Assembly (NCBI GenBank): GCA_034530875.2
Contig: JAVRCJ020000026.1
Coordinates: 1 to 64,000 of the forward strand
Direction: 5' to 3'
From: Nostoc sp. DedSLP01
Lineage (GTDB): Bacteria > Cyanobacteriota > Cyanobacteriia > Cyanobacteriales > Nostocaceae
DNA length: 64,000 nucleotides
The notes below the pieces were generated by a model. That model did not search any database, was not told where the DNA came from, and saw only the letters and a program-made list of their open reading frames with translations. The position numbers and the translations under genes were made by a program. Numbering within the stretch: position 1 is the first letter of the stretch; every line of letters starts with the position of its first letter. This document shows positions 49,277 through 59,853 of this stretch, piece after piece.

Positions 49277-51823
49277 TCAGTAAAAAACACCAGCAATATC
49301 TGAAAGAATCTGCAACCAACTAGGAACTGCAATTTCAATTGGAAAATCACCCGCTGTTAAATATCTCAGTAATGTTTCTTTTTTCGAGAAGTTTTGCAAA
49401 CTAGGAATAATTCCATCCAAAATGCCTTCTAGTTCGGAATTAATTTGCTGATTCACTTCACTAACATATTGCACTAAATGAAGGCTAGCACTAGCAGTAA
49501 TTTCATCTCGTAGCCGCAGTATTAAAAGTTGATGATTGATAGATCTGGGTAAGCCTTGGCTTTTCTCTGGTGCCCAGTCGAAGATTTGACCAACGTTGTG
49601 TTTATCGTCTTGACGCGCTAGGGGAAAAATATTTTCTGGTGCAACGGTTTTGTCTGTGTTACTAATTTCAGAAATGATTGCTTCTTTCCATTCGTTGGGG
49701 TCGCATCCTAGTAAGAGCTTATAAAATAAATCGGCTTCTTCTACACCAAATTTGGTTTCGATTTCTTGTTCCATCTCTGGTTGGAGAATTGCTTTCAATT
49801 GTTCGCGTTCTGGGGCGACTTCATTTGACAATTGACTCAACAAATCTACCACTGCTTGACGAATGCGATCGCGGGCAAATTCTTCTACTTCTTTAACAGT
49901 TTTTTCAAATACTAGATAAAAATCATCGCTCTTTGTCGGCACAGAAGTATTAACGCGATTTCCTCTATCAAATAATTTGCCAGCCGCACCTTTAGATTCA
50001 GTTAGAGCAATGCTACCATTGTTGATTTTATTGAACAGTAAAGTCCACTGACTCCAATTCAGTATTTTAAACGTAAGTTCGTCTTTAACGACATCGCTCA
50101 CAACAACACCGCGTCTGTCTTGAAGTGGTTCTTTTCCTAAAGTTTTTTGAAAATTCCTGTAGATTTTATCTAAACTTTCCACCACAAAACGCAACTCCAG
50201 AAAAGCAGGACTGTCTCCTGTGGGGATGCCTTGCTCGTGAATTTCATCTAAGATATCTTTCAGATGATCTTGTTGCTGACTTACTACATCAGCAGCTCTT
50301 TTAGTATCTTCATACAATTGCTTTAAACCATGAGTAGCGACATGATTTTGAATCAATTCTCGGAGCTTACTCAGACTACCATCTTGAGCAAAATAACCTA
50401 ATTGTCTGCCTAAATAGCTGCGGGTATTTGATTCTAACAATGCTTGGCTTAAGCGTCGCCATTTATCTTGTAGCCGCTTAGATCTATCTAAATAATCAGG
50501 ATAGTCTAAGTTAGCTAAAAACTCTGGCGAACCTGCTTTGACTTGACTCGAACGTTTCGCTAAATCAGCCAGTCCTAATAGTGGCGACAGTAAAACGATG
50601 CGGTCTTTTTGAGTTGTAAACGCCTGGGCGCCATCAATGGTGGTTTGCAAAACTTTGAGTTTTTGGAAAACAGTTTCCTCGTCTAAATCTCGATCTTCAG
50701 TCAGTTGGTCGAGTTCTCTTTCGCCACCCTCATTCTCCAAAGGTAATTGGTCGAAGCGACCCACACCCACGAGAATTAAATCTTTCAAGTCTTGTCCTGG
50801 TCGCTGCTGCTGCATCATCGTAAAGATTTTATGAGCGCGATCGCTTCCCGGAGATTTACCATTGAGCAGTACCAAAATTGTCTGTACTTCTGCCAATTCC
50901 CGCAGTGACAAAAAGGTATCTCTCGCACCGGAATTAGCAGCGCCCAAGCCGGGAAAATCGATCAGAATAAATTTAGCAGCACCCGTAACATCCCAAATTT
51001 CCCGCGAGATTTTCACATCAATATCTACGCGGCGAATCAGTGGAAAGCTGTTTTGTAATAATTTCGTTGGTAGCCTCTGGGGTGGACTCGGTAACCGAAT
51101 ATGCGCTGGCGGTAGATCCTCAAAGCTGAGAGTTTGGATAGCCATCGGCTGTTCGACTAGCTGTAGCCCTTCGCGGGCAGTGGTAGCATCAATCTGGTAG
51201 CGTCCGCTACACATTACTTGACCATACGCTTGATAAGCCCGAATGAATAAGACTAACTCTCTCAATAAATACCGTAGTTCGAGATTGTTAGAACTGTTCC
51301 ATGCTTCCTCACACCAGTCAATAATATCTTTCCCAGAGTTAAGCTTTGACACTGGTATGGGAGGCAGCCCTGCCGCCGTTGTCCGTTTATTGGCTTCTCC
51401 CAGCATGAAACGCAGACACTCATGCACCCCCTCGTGGGAAAGATATTCTACTGTAAAATTACTGAGTTGCGTAGTTGCAAAGTCATCTTGGGGTATGATG
51501 TGCAGGGCGGTGACGTTACCTGTAGTTGGGTTTTCACTTACTGGCAAAGCATCTGCATATCCAATCAAACTGCCTAAAAGTAAAGTTTTGCCGCTGCTGA
51601 ATTCTCCCATCACACCAATTTTCACAGGCGAAGTGGCAAGATCTACAGTTTTTTCTGCCGCTTCTCGCAGACGACGCAGACAATCATCAAGGCTAGCCGG
51701 AACCCAATCTTCTTGTTGTGAAGGATATTCGGGTACAGAATCTATCTTCCGGAGGATGAATTCACCATACTCTTTAAAACTAGCTAGTTTGTCTGTTTCC
51801 ATAGAGTAGTTTCCGCCTAACAT
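49277..51823 (-). CDS. Dynamin-like GTPase (SrfC/CrfC-like; start possibly 51802)
   Basis: G1 GEFSSGKT, G2 PTT, G3 DFPG, G4-like GRFD, long helical C-terminus. Confidence 0.85.
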   Translation of the reverse strand: MLGGNYSMETDKLASFKEYGEFILRKIDSVPEYPSQQEDWVPASLDDCLRRLREAAEKTVDLATSPVKIGVMGEFSSGKTLLLGSLIGYADALPVSENPTTGNVTALHIIPQDDFATTQLSNFTVEYLSHEGVHECLRFMLGEANKRTTAAGLPPIPVSKLNSGKDIIDWCEEAWNSSNNLELRYLLRELVLFIRAYQAYGQVMCSGRYQIDATTAREGLQLVEQPMAIQTLSFEDLPPAHIRLPSPPQRLPTKLLQNSFPLIRRVDIDVKISREIWDVTGAAKFILIDFPGLGAANSGARDTFLSLRELAEVQTILVLLNGKSPGSDRAHKIFTMMQQQRPGQDLKDLILVGVGRFDQLPLENEGGERELDQLTEDRDLDEETVFQKLKVLQTTIDGAQAFTTQKDRIVLLSPLLGLADLAKRSSQVKAGSPEFLANLDYPDYLDRSKRLQDKWRRLSQALLESNTRSYLGRQLGYFAQDGSLSKLRELIQNHVATHGLKQLYEDTKRAADVVSQQQDHLKDILDEIHEQGIPTGDSPAFLELRFVVESLDKIYRNFQKTLGKEPLQDRRGVVVSDVVKDELTFKILNWSQWTLLFNKINNGSIALTESKGAAGKLFDRGNRVNTSVPTKSDDFYLVFEKTVKEVEEFARDRIRQAVVDLLSQLSNEVAPEREQLKAILQPEMEQEIETKFGVEEADLFYKLLLGCDPNEWKEAIISEISNTDKTVAPENIFPLARQDDKHNVGQIFDWAPEKSQGLPRSINHQLLILRLRDEITASASLHLVQYVSEVNQQINSELEGILDGIIPSLQNFSKKETLLRYLTAGDFPIEIAVPSWLQILSDIAGVFY

Positions 51824-52110
51824 AAATTTCTCTGAGCTTCAGGACATACAAAATGCGATCGCCAGGGATCTATACAACAGACTGGGTATGAGAAACAGGA
51901 TAGGGAACGCAGTAGAAGGTGCAGTAATTCTTCTTCCTTTGCTTGTACGTCTCCCCATCTTCTTCATCTCCCCCACTCCCCATTCCCTCATCGGCCTGAA
52001 GCTACCAGGACAATTTCCAAAATCTGGCTTTACGGAGCAAAATAATTATTGATTTAATATAAAAATCTTGAAATTTGTGAATTTTCTATGAAGAGTTGAA
52101 GAAGGTAGAA

Positions 52111-52197
52111 GGCAGGAGGCCGTTTTTGTAACGAAGACCCCATTCCAAAAACTTTTCGCCTTAAAAGGCGAGTTTTAGACCCGATTGTTTCGATAAC
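52111..52197 (+). repeat. Dispersed ~90-bp repeat, copy 1
   Basis: Shares GGCAGGAGGCCGTTTTTGTAACGA, ACCCCATTCCAAA and GACCCGATTGTTTCGATAAC with 55733-55821. Confidence 0.8.
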
Positions 52198-52553
52198 GAT
52201 GATTTTTAACACTGAGCTACTTATATAGTTTTCATGAAGCTCAATTAGATTTTTCAACCGTAAATTTACGCAATCCATATCAATTTATTAATGATTTATA
52301 TAAAAAAGCTAGTTAAGTAAATTTCCTGAGGAAAAAAACTTTTAATTTCAAGGAAAACGGTGAAGTTGGTCTTAATCAAAACTTCAGCATTTCTCTAATT
52401 TATTTACACAAAAAGAGGAATTAATATATATCCAAAAACAAATAAAGTATTAAGATAATTACCAGGCTGAGATCGAAATATTATACACATTTTTTAACAA
52501 ATCTAGTTTGAGAAATTTTACATCAATAATTTAGGCATAGAAGGCAGGCAAAA

Positions 52554-55526
52554 GTGTTTCCTAAAAGGGTGCAAAGCTACATTAACAAAACCAACATCAA
52601 ACAAGAACAAATAGAACAGGATGAAACAGTATTCGATCGACAAGCTCAATTCACAGGAAAAAAGCAGGCAAGAGAATTAACAAAACTATTGATGCGGCTG
52701 AAACTCGAAACTAAAAAAAGTCAGGCTGCTGAAGTACAGTTACGCCAAAAAACATCAGAATTGGCAGCTATTTTGCAGGTAATTCCCGACTGGTTTTTTC
52801 GGATTGATTCTCGTGGAACTATCCTGGATTATCAGCCAGGAAAAATGCCAAGTCAGTATATTGCACAAGAAATTGAACGGAGTAAAAATTTACCAGAATG
52901 CTTATTAGGCGGTGTAGGCGATCGCTTATACCATGCCATCGCTCAAGTGCTGGCAACTCAAAATGAAGTCAGTTTTGAATATAGCTTACCCCTATCATCG
53001 GGAAATCGTCACTTTGAAGCTAGATTATTACCATTACCAGAGCAACAAATTATAGTTCTTGTCCGCGAAAACGAGGACAAAGTACAAGCTGCATTGGTCG
53101 AAAGAAATACTAAGTTTCGTACTATCATCGAAAATGCTAACAACATTATTTTTGAGTTGACGGTTGAGGGGATATTTTCTTATGTTTCTCCGAACTGGAC
53201 TGATATTTTAGGGCATGAGGTTGCCGAAGTGGAAGGCAAATCCTTTACAGTGTTTCTACATCCTGACGATGTGCAATTGTGTATAGATTATTTACAAACA
53301 GTTGTAACAACAGGCGAAAAACAAGACCCAATCGAATATCGGCTAAAACACAAAAATGGCGGCTGGCGATGGCATACAAGCAATGCATCTGCTAATAGAG
53401 ACGGGTTAGGCAATGTTTTAAACTTTGTTGGTATTTGTTATGACACCACTGACCGCAAACAAGCAGAAGAAGCACTAGCAGAACGCGTGCGTTTAGCAAA
53501 TTTTCGTGCTGATGTGGATGCAGCTCTAACTAAGAGTGACACCTTAGAAAACATGATGCGCGGTTGCACTGAGGCTTTAGTTCAACATCTCGACGCAGCC
53601 TTCGCTCGGATTTGGACGCTCAACAAACAGGAAAATGTACTAGAGTTGCAAGTCAGTTCTGGAATTTACACTCATACTAATGGGTCTCATAGACGCGTGC
53701 CAGTTGGGGAATTAAAAATTGGTGCGATTGCCCAACAAGGCAAACCTCACTTCACTAACTCCGTGCAGACAGATCCCTACATAGCTAACAAAGAGTGGGT
53801 ACAGCGACAAGGTATGGTTGCTTTTGCTGGCTATCCGCTGATTGTTGAAGATGAAACTGTAGGGGTGATAGCGATGTTTGCCCGCCAAGCCCTAGCAGAA
53901 TCAACTTTTAAATCATTGGAATTTGCCGCCCAAGAAATTGCCATTGGCATCAAGCGCAAACAAACAGAAATTGCACTCAGAGAAAGCGTCCAGCGGGAAA
54001 CATTACTCAATCGCCTTTCTGGCCAAATTCGAGCATCTCTAGATCTCAATTACATTGTGGAAACTGCTGTGCGGGAGATTCACAATTTATTTCAAATAGA
54101 CCGCTGCGCCTTCTTTTGGTATCGACAAAATGCCCCGATGCCCTACTGGGAGAGAGTATATGAGGCGAAAAGTTCGTTTTTACCATGTCTGTTGAAGGAG
54201 CAAGGAAATAATGCAGAAATTGAACTCATCGCCAGCAAAACTTTGAATAAAGAAATCATCTGCATAGATGATGTGAAGACTGTGGGCTATGGCACTGCAC
54301 GGCAGTTTTTGAATGATTTCGGTTTCACTGCTTTTATGTCGCTGCCCGTACATACCAAATCTGGAGAAATTGGTGCTTTTAGTTGTGGTTATTGTAATGG
54401 CTCTCGGCGTTGGTTAGACAACGAAGTAGAATTACTCCAAGCAGTTACAGATCAAATAGCGATCGCTATCGATCAAGCCAAACTTTATCATCAAAGTCGC
54501 ATCGCCGCCCAAACTGCCCAAGACAAAGCCCAGCAGCTAGAAGCAACGCTCTTAGAACTCCAACAAACCCAAGCGCAACTGATTCACACTGAAAAAATGT
54601 CTAGTTTGGGACAGTTGGTAGCGGGAATTGCCCACGAAATCAATAACCCCGTCAATTTTATTTATGGCAATATTAGCCACGCCGCTGGATATATCGAAGA
54701 TTTGCTGTACTTAATAGAACTTTATCACCAACATTACTGCCCAGTACCACCAGAAATTCAGCAACAAATCCACACCATTGATTTAGATTTTCTCAAACAA
54801 GACTTGCCCAAAATCCTCAACTCTATTAACTTAGGAGCCGAACGCATTCGGCACATTGTCCTATCTTTACGCAATTTCTCTCGTCTTGATGAAGACGGTA
54901 TGAAACCAGCAGACATTCATGAAGGTTTGGATAACACCTTACTACTATTACAAAATCGTTTAAAAGCCAAACCAGGACATCCCGAAATCCAAGTAATTAA
55001 AGAGTACGGCAACCTGCCACGAGTAGTGTGTCACGCCGGACAAATGAATCAGGTATTTATGAATCTGTTAACAAATGCGATCGATGTGTTAGAAGAGTCA
55101 TTTGTCATTAATCATTTGCCATTAGTAAACAACTCTCAACCAAAGACTAACGACCGAGCGCAAAGTCTGAGCGGAGGTTTCCTCCGTTCCCCGAAGGGGT
55201 TGCCGTTGGCGAAGCCTCTCGAAGAGAAGGCATCGGAACTTTGTAAGAGAGGAGTAATGACTTCTCCCACAATTCGCATCCGCACCCTCATCGAAAACAA
55301 TTGTGTAATTATTCGCATTGCTGACAATGGTACGGGGATGACTGAGGAAGTACGCAAACGCTTATTTGACCCGTTTTTCACTACCAAACCTGTGGGTAAA
55401 GGCACTGGCATGGGTTTATCAATTAGTTACCAGATTGTTGTCAAAAAACACGATGGTCAACTTGAGTGTATTTCAGCACCGGGAGAAGGTGCCGAGTTTG
55501 CGATCGCCATCCCACTCAAGCAGTAA
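52554..55526 (+). CDS. PAS/PAS/GAF/GAF sensor histidine kinase (NtrB-type)
   Basis: PAS (LHPDD), two GAF domains, EKMSSLGQLVAGIAHEINNP, FFTTKPVGKGTGMGL. Confidence 0.92.
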   Translation: MFPKRVQSYINKTNIKQEQIEQDETVFDRQAQFTGKKQARELTKLLMRLKLETKKSQAAEVQLRQKTSELAAILQVIPDWFFRIDSRGTILDYQPGKMPSQYIAQEIERSKNLPECLLGGVGDRLYHAIAQVLATQNEVSFEYSLPLSSGNRHFEARLLPLPEQQIIVLVRENEDKVQAALVERNTKFRTIIENANNIIFELTVEGIFSYVSPNWTDILGHEVAEVEGKSFTVFLHPDDVQLCIDYLQTVVTTGEKQDPIEYRLKHKNGGWRWHTSNASANRDGLGNVLNFVGICYDTTDRKQAEEALAERVRLANFRADVDAALTKSDTLENMMRGCTEALVQHLDAAFARIWTLNKQENVLELQVSSGIYTHTNGSHRRVPVGELKIGAIAQQGKPHFTNSVQTDPYIANKEWVQRQGMVAFAGYPLIVEDETVGVIAMFARQALAESTFKSLEFAAQEIAIGIKRKQTEIALRESVQRETLLNRLSGQIRASLDLNYIVETAVREIHNLFQIDRCAFFWYRQNAPMPYWERVYEAKSSFLPCLLKEQGNNAEIELIASKTLNKEIICIDDVKTVGYGTARQFLNDFGFTAFMSLPVHTKSGEIGAFSCGYCNGSRRWLDNEVELLQAVTDQIAIAIDQAKLYHQSRIAAQTAQDKAQQLEATLLELQQTQAQLIHTEKMSSLGQLVAGIAHEINNPVNFIYGNISHAAGYIEDLLYLIELYHQHYCPVPPEIQQQIHTIDLDFLKQDLPKILNSINLGAERIRHIVLSLRNFSRLDEDGMKPADIHEGLDNTLLLLQNRLKAKPGHPEIQVIKEYGNLPRVVCHAGQMNQVFMNLLTNAIDVLEESFVINHLPLVNNSQPKTNDRAQSLSGGFLRSPKGLPLAKPLEEKASELCKRGVMTSPTIRIRTLIENNCVIIRIADNGTGMTEEVRKRLFDPFFTTKPVGKGTGMGLSISYQIVVKKHDGQLECISAPGEGAEFAIAIPLKQ

Positions 55527-55732
55527 CCTTTGCCATTAATATAATCAATTATTAACCTTTTGTTAACCAAATTTTAACTAAAAAGTTGTTAACTGAGATC
55601 AATTCACTTTTTGCTGCAACATTTAAACATCCCTCCAACAACTGTAAATTTACAGAAGTCAGGGGGGTTATTTTTAACGAAGGCAGGAGGCAGAGGGCAG
55701 GATAGCGCAGCTAAGCCGTGTCCGCGAGCGTC

Positions 55733-55821
55733 GGCAGGAGGCCGTTTTTGTAACGAGGATTTATACCCCATTCCAAATACTTTGGACGAAGTACGGTTTT
55801 TGACCCGATTGTTTCGATAAC
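55733..55821 (+). repeat. Dispersed ~90-bp repeat, copy 2
   Basis: Direct-orientation homologue of 52111-52197. Confidence 0.8.
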
Positions 55822-55945
55822 AATATAAACTACAGCATAAATTGCGTCTGTACAAGAATCAATCTTTTTACAGACAGCGATTTGTCACCTCAAGAAATGT
55901 ACAAAAAAAATTCTGAATTCTGAGTTCTGTATTCTGTATTCTTCT

Positions 55946-56731
55946 TTAAAATTCCTGCTGTTGATAAACAAGATAAATAGCTTCTAAAAATACATCAGGC
56001 GTAAAAGCTTCTGGCAATTTTTCTAAATTAATAATAGCTTGAACTTCCTCTGCTAATTTTAAAGATAGTGATGCTCTTGTTTTTAAAGACATTGCGCTAC
56101 GTCGTTGTAAATACTCTCGAATCACAGCGAAATCATCCGGCAACAATTGGGATAAATTAGCAGTTTGTAGCAATTCATCGTGGAGTTTATTTGCTTGCTC
56201 TGAAATTGTGAATTTGGCTGATGCATTGGCTGGTTCGGTCTGAATCACAATTGTACCGGCAGCCATATCACCCAAGCGCTTTTCGCGGCTACCCAACATA
56301 ATTAAAAAAGCGCCAATAAATAAAGTTTCATCAAATGGTCGCAATAAAGCACGTAATGTTGCTTGCTGTAGTCCGATGAGTCTGCCATCATCTCTAACTA
56401 CGCGAATTTTAGCAATGCGTTTTCCAGGTGTTTGCCCAAACCATAAAGTTTCAAAAAATACAAAATAACCAATGTAAATTGCAAAGGCAATAAATAAGAA
56501 AATTGCTACTAACCAAAGTCCTATATGCCGAGCATTTGTAATCAAGCCTTCGACAAAATTAAACACTTGTGTTGAGAAGAAACTCCAGGCAAGCACAAAT
56601 AGTAGCAAACTGATACCTAACACTGTATAGTCAACCGCCAGTGCTAATGCTCGATTGCCGATTCCTGCTAAAGTGAATTCTAGTTCTACACTTTCTGGAG
56701 TTTGGAAGGAGATGCGATTAAAAAAGCGCAT
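55946..56731 (-). CDS. RDD family membrane protein
   Basis: AGIGNRALALAVD, GQTPGKR and KRLGDMAAGT motifs. Confidence 0.9.
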   Translation of the reverse strand: MRFFNRISFQTPESVELEFTLAGIGNRALALAVDYTVLGISLLLFVLAWSFFSTQVFNFVEGLITNARHIGLWLVAIFLFIAFAIYIGYFVFFETLWFGQTPGKRIAKIRVVRDDGRLIGLQQATLRALLRPFDETLFIGAFLIMLGSREKRLGDMAAGTIVIQTEPANASAKFTISEQANKLHDELLQTANLSQLLPDDFAVIREYLQRRSAMSLKTRASLSLKLAEEVQAIINLEKLPEAFTPDVFLEAIYLVYQQQEF

Positions 56732-56788
56732 ATATGAACTAACGAAAAATTAATAAAGTTGAATTCAGGTATTGAGTTAGTGAAAATC

Positions 56789-57622
56789 CTACGCCGGAGG
56801 TTGTCGTAACTGCAAACCCAAACCTTCACGCCGACTACGCAAATCAAAGTATAAAACAGCTTTCAAGGCTTGCCAAAATGGCATGATCAAAACTCCACCA
56901 ATTAAGCTACCAATCCAAGAAATAATATACACAATTGAGTAGATAGCAGAGCCTTCCTCAAGTTTTAAAAGAAAGAAGCTCGGTATATAATTTAATACAG
57001 CTATTAGTGGGAATGTGACGATAAAACCAACTAAAACAACGCCTTGAATGCGAAATACTGAAGCTTTAGTTAACTCCCAACTTCTGTCAATACTTTCGCC
57101 ACCATTAATATTTTCCTCAACTGCTAGGGGAACTTCAGCAACAATCCAACGTGAATAAAACCAGCTTAATCCCAACAGCACGATCGCCACAGTTACAATT
57201 ATTCCCAATGTGGTTGCGACTATAACGCCCGAACGGCCTAATATCCCTCCAAAAACTATTCCTACCAAGCCAGCGAAGATAAAACCAACAATCGCTAATC
57301 CAAAATAAATTGCCAGTAAAGATAACCCGACTTGCAAAGCAACTCTGAAAAATGACCACAAACGAGGATTAATATGACTGTTGGCACTTTGGACGCTTTC
57401 AGGCTGGTAAACTAATTCTCCAAAAGCCAAACGTGAAATTAATCCAGAAATGGCAGCGTATTTTGCCCAGCCATAAATCGGGACTATAATCCACAAGTGA
57501 GCGATCGCAGCTAAATTTAGATAAGTCTTGAGATGAGAACGATACAATCGCACAGCTGCACTGACAACGTTACCGATACTCAGTGGTTGTATGTGGCCTG
57601 GAGATCCAAAATTTTCAGACAT
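56789..57622 (-). CDS. Integral membrane protein (DUF975/GDPD-membrane-like)
   Basis: PLSIGNVVS, RSWELTK and YFDLRSRREG motifs; several TM segments. Confidence 0.75.
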   Translation of the reverse strand: MSENFGSPGHIQPLSIGNVVSAAVRLYRSHLKTYLNLAAIAHLWIIVPIYGWAKYAAISGLISRLAFGELVYQPESVQSANSHINPRLWSFFRVALQVGLSLLAIYFGLAIVGFIFAGLVGIVFGGILGRSGVIVATTLGIIVTVAIVLLGLSWFYSRWIVAEVPLAVEENINGGESIDRSWELTKASVFRIQGVVLVGFIVTFPLIAVLNYIPSFFLLKLEEGSAIYSIVYIISWIGSLIGGVLIMPFWQALKAVLYFDLRSRREGLGLQLRQPPA

Positions 57623-57702
57623 AATACCAAATTTCCCTTGAAAGTACGGATCTGAATTTGAGGCTATCTTAAGCTAAGTTAAAGTCAGTGTCCCCAAAAT
57701 TC

Positions 57703-58701
57703 ATGAATATTCAACGTTGGATTGCACGACGAGAACCGAATTGGCAGCGTTTGGATGCCTTATTAAAGCAAGTAGAAAAACAAGGCTTGAAGTCTCTCCG
57801 GGCAGCCGAAATTAGAGAGTTAGCAAGCTTGTATCGTTCGGTAACGGCAGATTTAGCCCGCGCCCGCACCCAGAAAATCAGCAATACTTTGATACAAAGT
57901 TTACAATCTTTAACAAGCCGTGCTTATACGCAAATCTACCAAGGTTCGCGGCGGCAAGAATGGCAGGCAGTTATAGAATTTTACCGTTGGGGATTGCCAT
58001 CTGTAGTGCAAAAAACATTTGGATATATTGCTGCGGCTACGGCGTTGTTTCTATTGGGTGCGCTAGTGGCTTGGTGGTATTCTTGGCAAAATCCTAGTTT
58101 CATGTCCTTAATCGTACCTGAAAGCTTGATTACCAAGGTGCGAGATGAGCATAAATTGTGGATGGGTTCAATTGTTGGTATGGAACCTCTAGCATCCAGT
58201 GGGATTACAATTAATAACTTGTCGGTGTCTTTTGGGGCTGTGGCTGGTGGGATTACAGCTGGGATATACACAGCCTATTTGATGGTATTTAATGGTTTAT
58301 TAATTGGTGCCGTTGGTACTTTAGTTGGTCAAAATAATTTAGCGTATCCTTTTTGGGCATTTGTATTTCCGCATGGTTCCTTAGAATTGCCTGCGATATT
58401 TTTTGCTGGGGGCGCAGGATTTTTAATAGGAAGAGCAATTTTATTTCCTAGTAAATATCGCCGAGGAGATGCACTGAAATTTTATGGTAATCAGGCGGTG
58501 CAGTTAGTATTTGGGATTGTACCAATGTTGATGATTGCAGGGGCGATCGAAGGCTTCTTTTCGCCTAATCCGAGCATACCCGACCCGATTAAATATCTTG
58601 CAGGAATGGGATTGTTTATAGTTTTAGTAATGTATTGTAGTCGCAAGAAAATATCAGTAGAAGAATTGAGAACTCAGAACTCAGGAGTCAGAATTCAGTA
58701 G
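57703..58701 (+). CDS. Stage II sporulation protein M (DUF95) family membrane protein
   Basis: ITINN, FNG, PHGSLELPAI and AGAIEGF motifs. Confidence 0.9.
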   Translation: MNIQRWIARREPNWQRLDALLKQVEKQGLKSLRAAEIRELASLYRSVTADLARARTQKISNTLIQSLQSLTSRAYTQIYQGSRRQEWQAVIEFYRWGLPSVVQKTFGYIAAATALFLLGALVAWWYSWQNPSFMSLIVPESLITKVRDEHKLWMGSIVGMEPLASSGITINNLSVSFGAVAGGITAGIYTAYLMVFNGLLIGAVGTLVGQNNLAYPFWAFVFPHGSLELPAIFFAGGAGFLIGRAILFPSKYRRGDALKFYGNQAVQLVFGIVPMLMIAGAIEGFFSPNPSIPDPIKYLAGMGLFIVLVMYCSRKKISVEELRTQNSGVRIQ

Positions 58702-58967
58702 GGTGTGTTAATGCTGGTGGTACGTCATCGTCAAAAATTCAAGGTGCGTTGTGCTGTGCGACAATGCACCCTACATCTAAGAACCAAGGAAATTAAGAAA
58801 TCAAATTATATTGCTAGAGTTTAAAATTTACAACTTGTATATCTGTTTGATTTTGGCTTGAATTATCAAGTTTAAGTATAGAAGCTGGATTAATTATAAA
58901 TAATTAATTTTCGCAATTTATTTTGTTAAAATTGAGAGTGAAGTACACTTTTTGAATAAGTATAATC

Positions 58968-59351
58968 ATGGCAGAATTAACTATTCAAATACCTGATGAG
59001 TTGGCTCAACGTCTAGAACCTCTGCAAAATCGGTTACCTGAATTGCTGTTGCAACTCCTGGAAAATGAGAAGATACAAACAATTAGTCAGCCAACAGTTA
59101 AAACAGAGGTTATAGATATTCCAGCAGTTTATCAAGAAGTTCTTGATTTTTTAATTAAGCGTCCAACGCCAGAAGAAATTCTTGCTTTTAAAGTCTCAGC
59201 GCCAGCCCAAAGACAGCTACAAGAATTACTAGAAAAAAATCGCTCTACAACACTCACTGCAATGGAATTGGCAGAATTGGATGTTTACGAGCAATTAGAA
59301 CATCTGATGCTTTTACTCAAGGCGCAAGCTTTAAAAGGCGAGATCGCTTAA
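58968..59351 (+). CDS. Hypothetical antitoxin-like protein
   Basis: RHH-like MAELTIQIPDELAQRL start; 1 bp upstream of the HNH gene. Confidence 0.7.
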   Translation: MAELTIQIPDELAQRLEPLQNRLPELLLQLLENEKIQTISQPTVKTEVIDIPAVYQEVLDFLIKRPTPEEILAFKVSAPAQRQLQELLEKNRSTTLTAMELAELDVYEQLEHLMLLLKAQALKGEIA

Positions 59352-59352
59352 C

Positions 59353-59766
59353 ATGAGTTCTAATCCAATTTCTCGGGAACTTCGTCAGCTTGTCGTTAAA
59401 AAAGCTTCGGAACGGTGTGAATATTGCCTAATTCACCAAGATTTTTCAATTTATACCCATGAAGTAGACCATATTATTGCGATAAAGCATGGGGGCGAAA
59501 CTACAATCGAAAATTTGGCACTTTCATGTTTATCTTGCAATCGCCACAAAGGTTCTGATTTTGCGACTATAGATGCCATTACAGCAGAAATTGTGCCGTT
59601 GTTTAACCCTCGGCGTCAGGTTTGGGACGAACATTTCTATCTTGAAGGTGCAAGAATAGAGGGGAAAACTCAGATTGGTCAAGGGACTGCAAAGTTACTT
59701 CAGTTTAACCTTCCCAATCGTGTGCTTCAACGACAAGTTTTAATGAGTCAAGAACAGTATCCCTAA
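59353..59766 (+). CDS. HNH endonuclease
   Basis: CEYC, EVDHII..KHGG and NLALSCLSCNRHK motifs. Confidence 0.9.
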   Translation: MSSNPISRELRQLVVKKASERCEYCLIHQDFSIYTHEVDHIIAIKHGGETTIENLALSCLSCNRHKGSDFATIDAITAEIVPLFNPRRQVWDEHFYLEGARIEGKTQIGQGTAKLLQFNLPNRVLQRQVLMSQEQYP

Positions 59767-59853
59767 GTAAAAGCGTGCAGTCCGCCGATTCATTTAAAGT
59801 TTATAAAAAACCTTCTAATTTTTATTGCCCACTTATCTTACTTCAGAAAAATA

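Noticed and set aside
52054..52278. Small ORFs at 52054-52278 and 55604-55855 sharing KVFGMG..SSLQKRPPA
   Set aside because: The similarity comes from the dispersed DNA repeat, not from a protein family.
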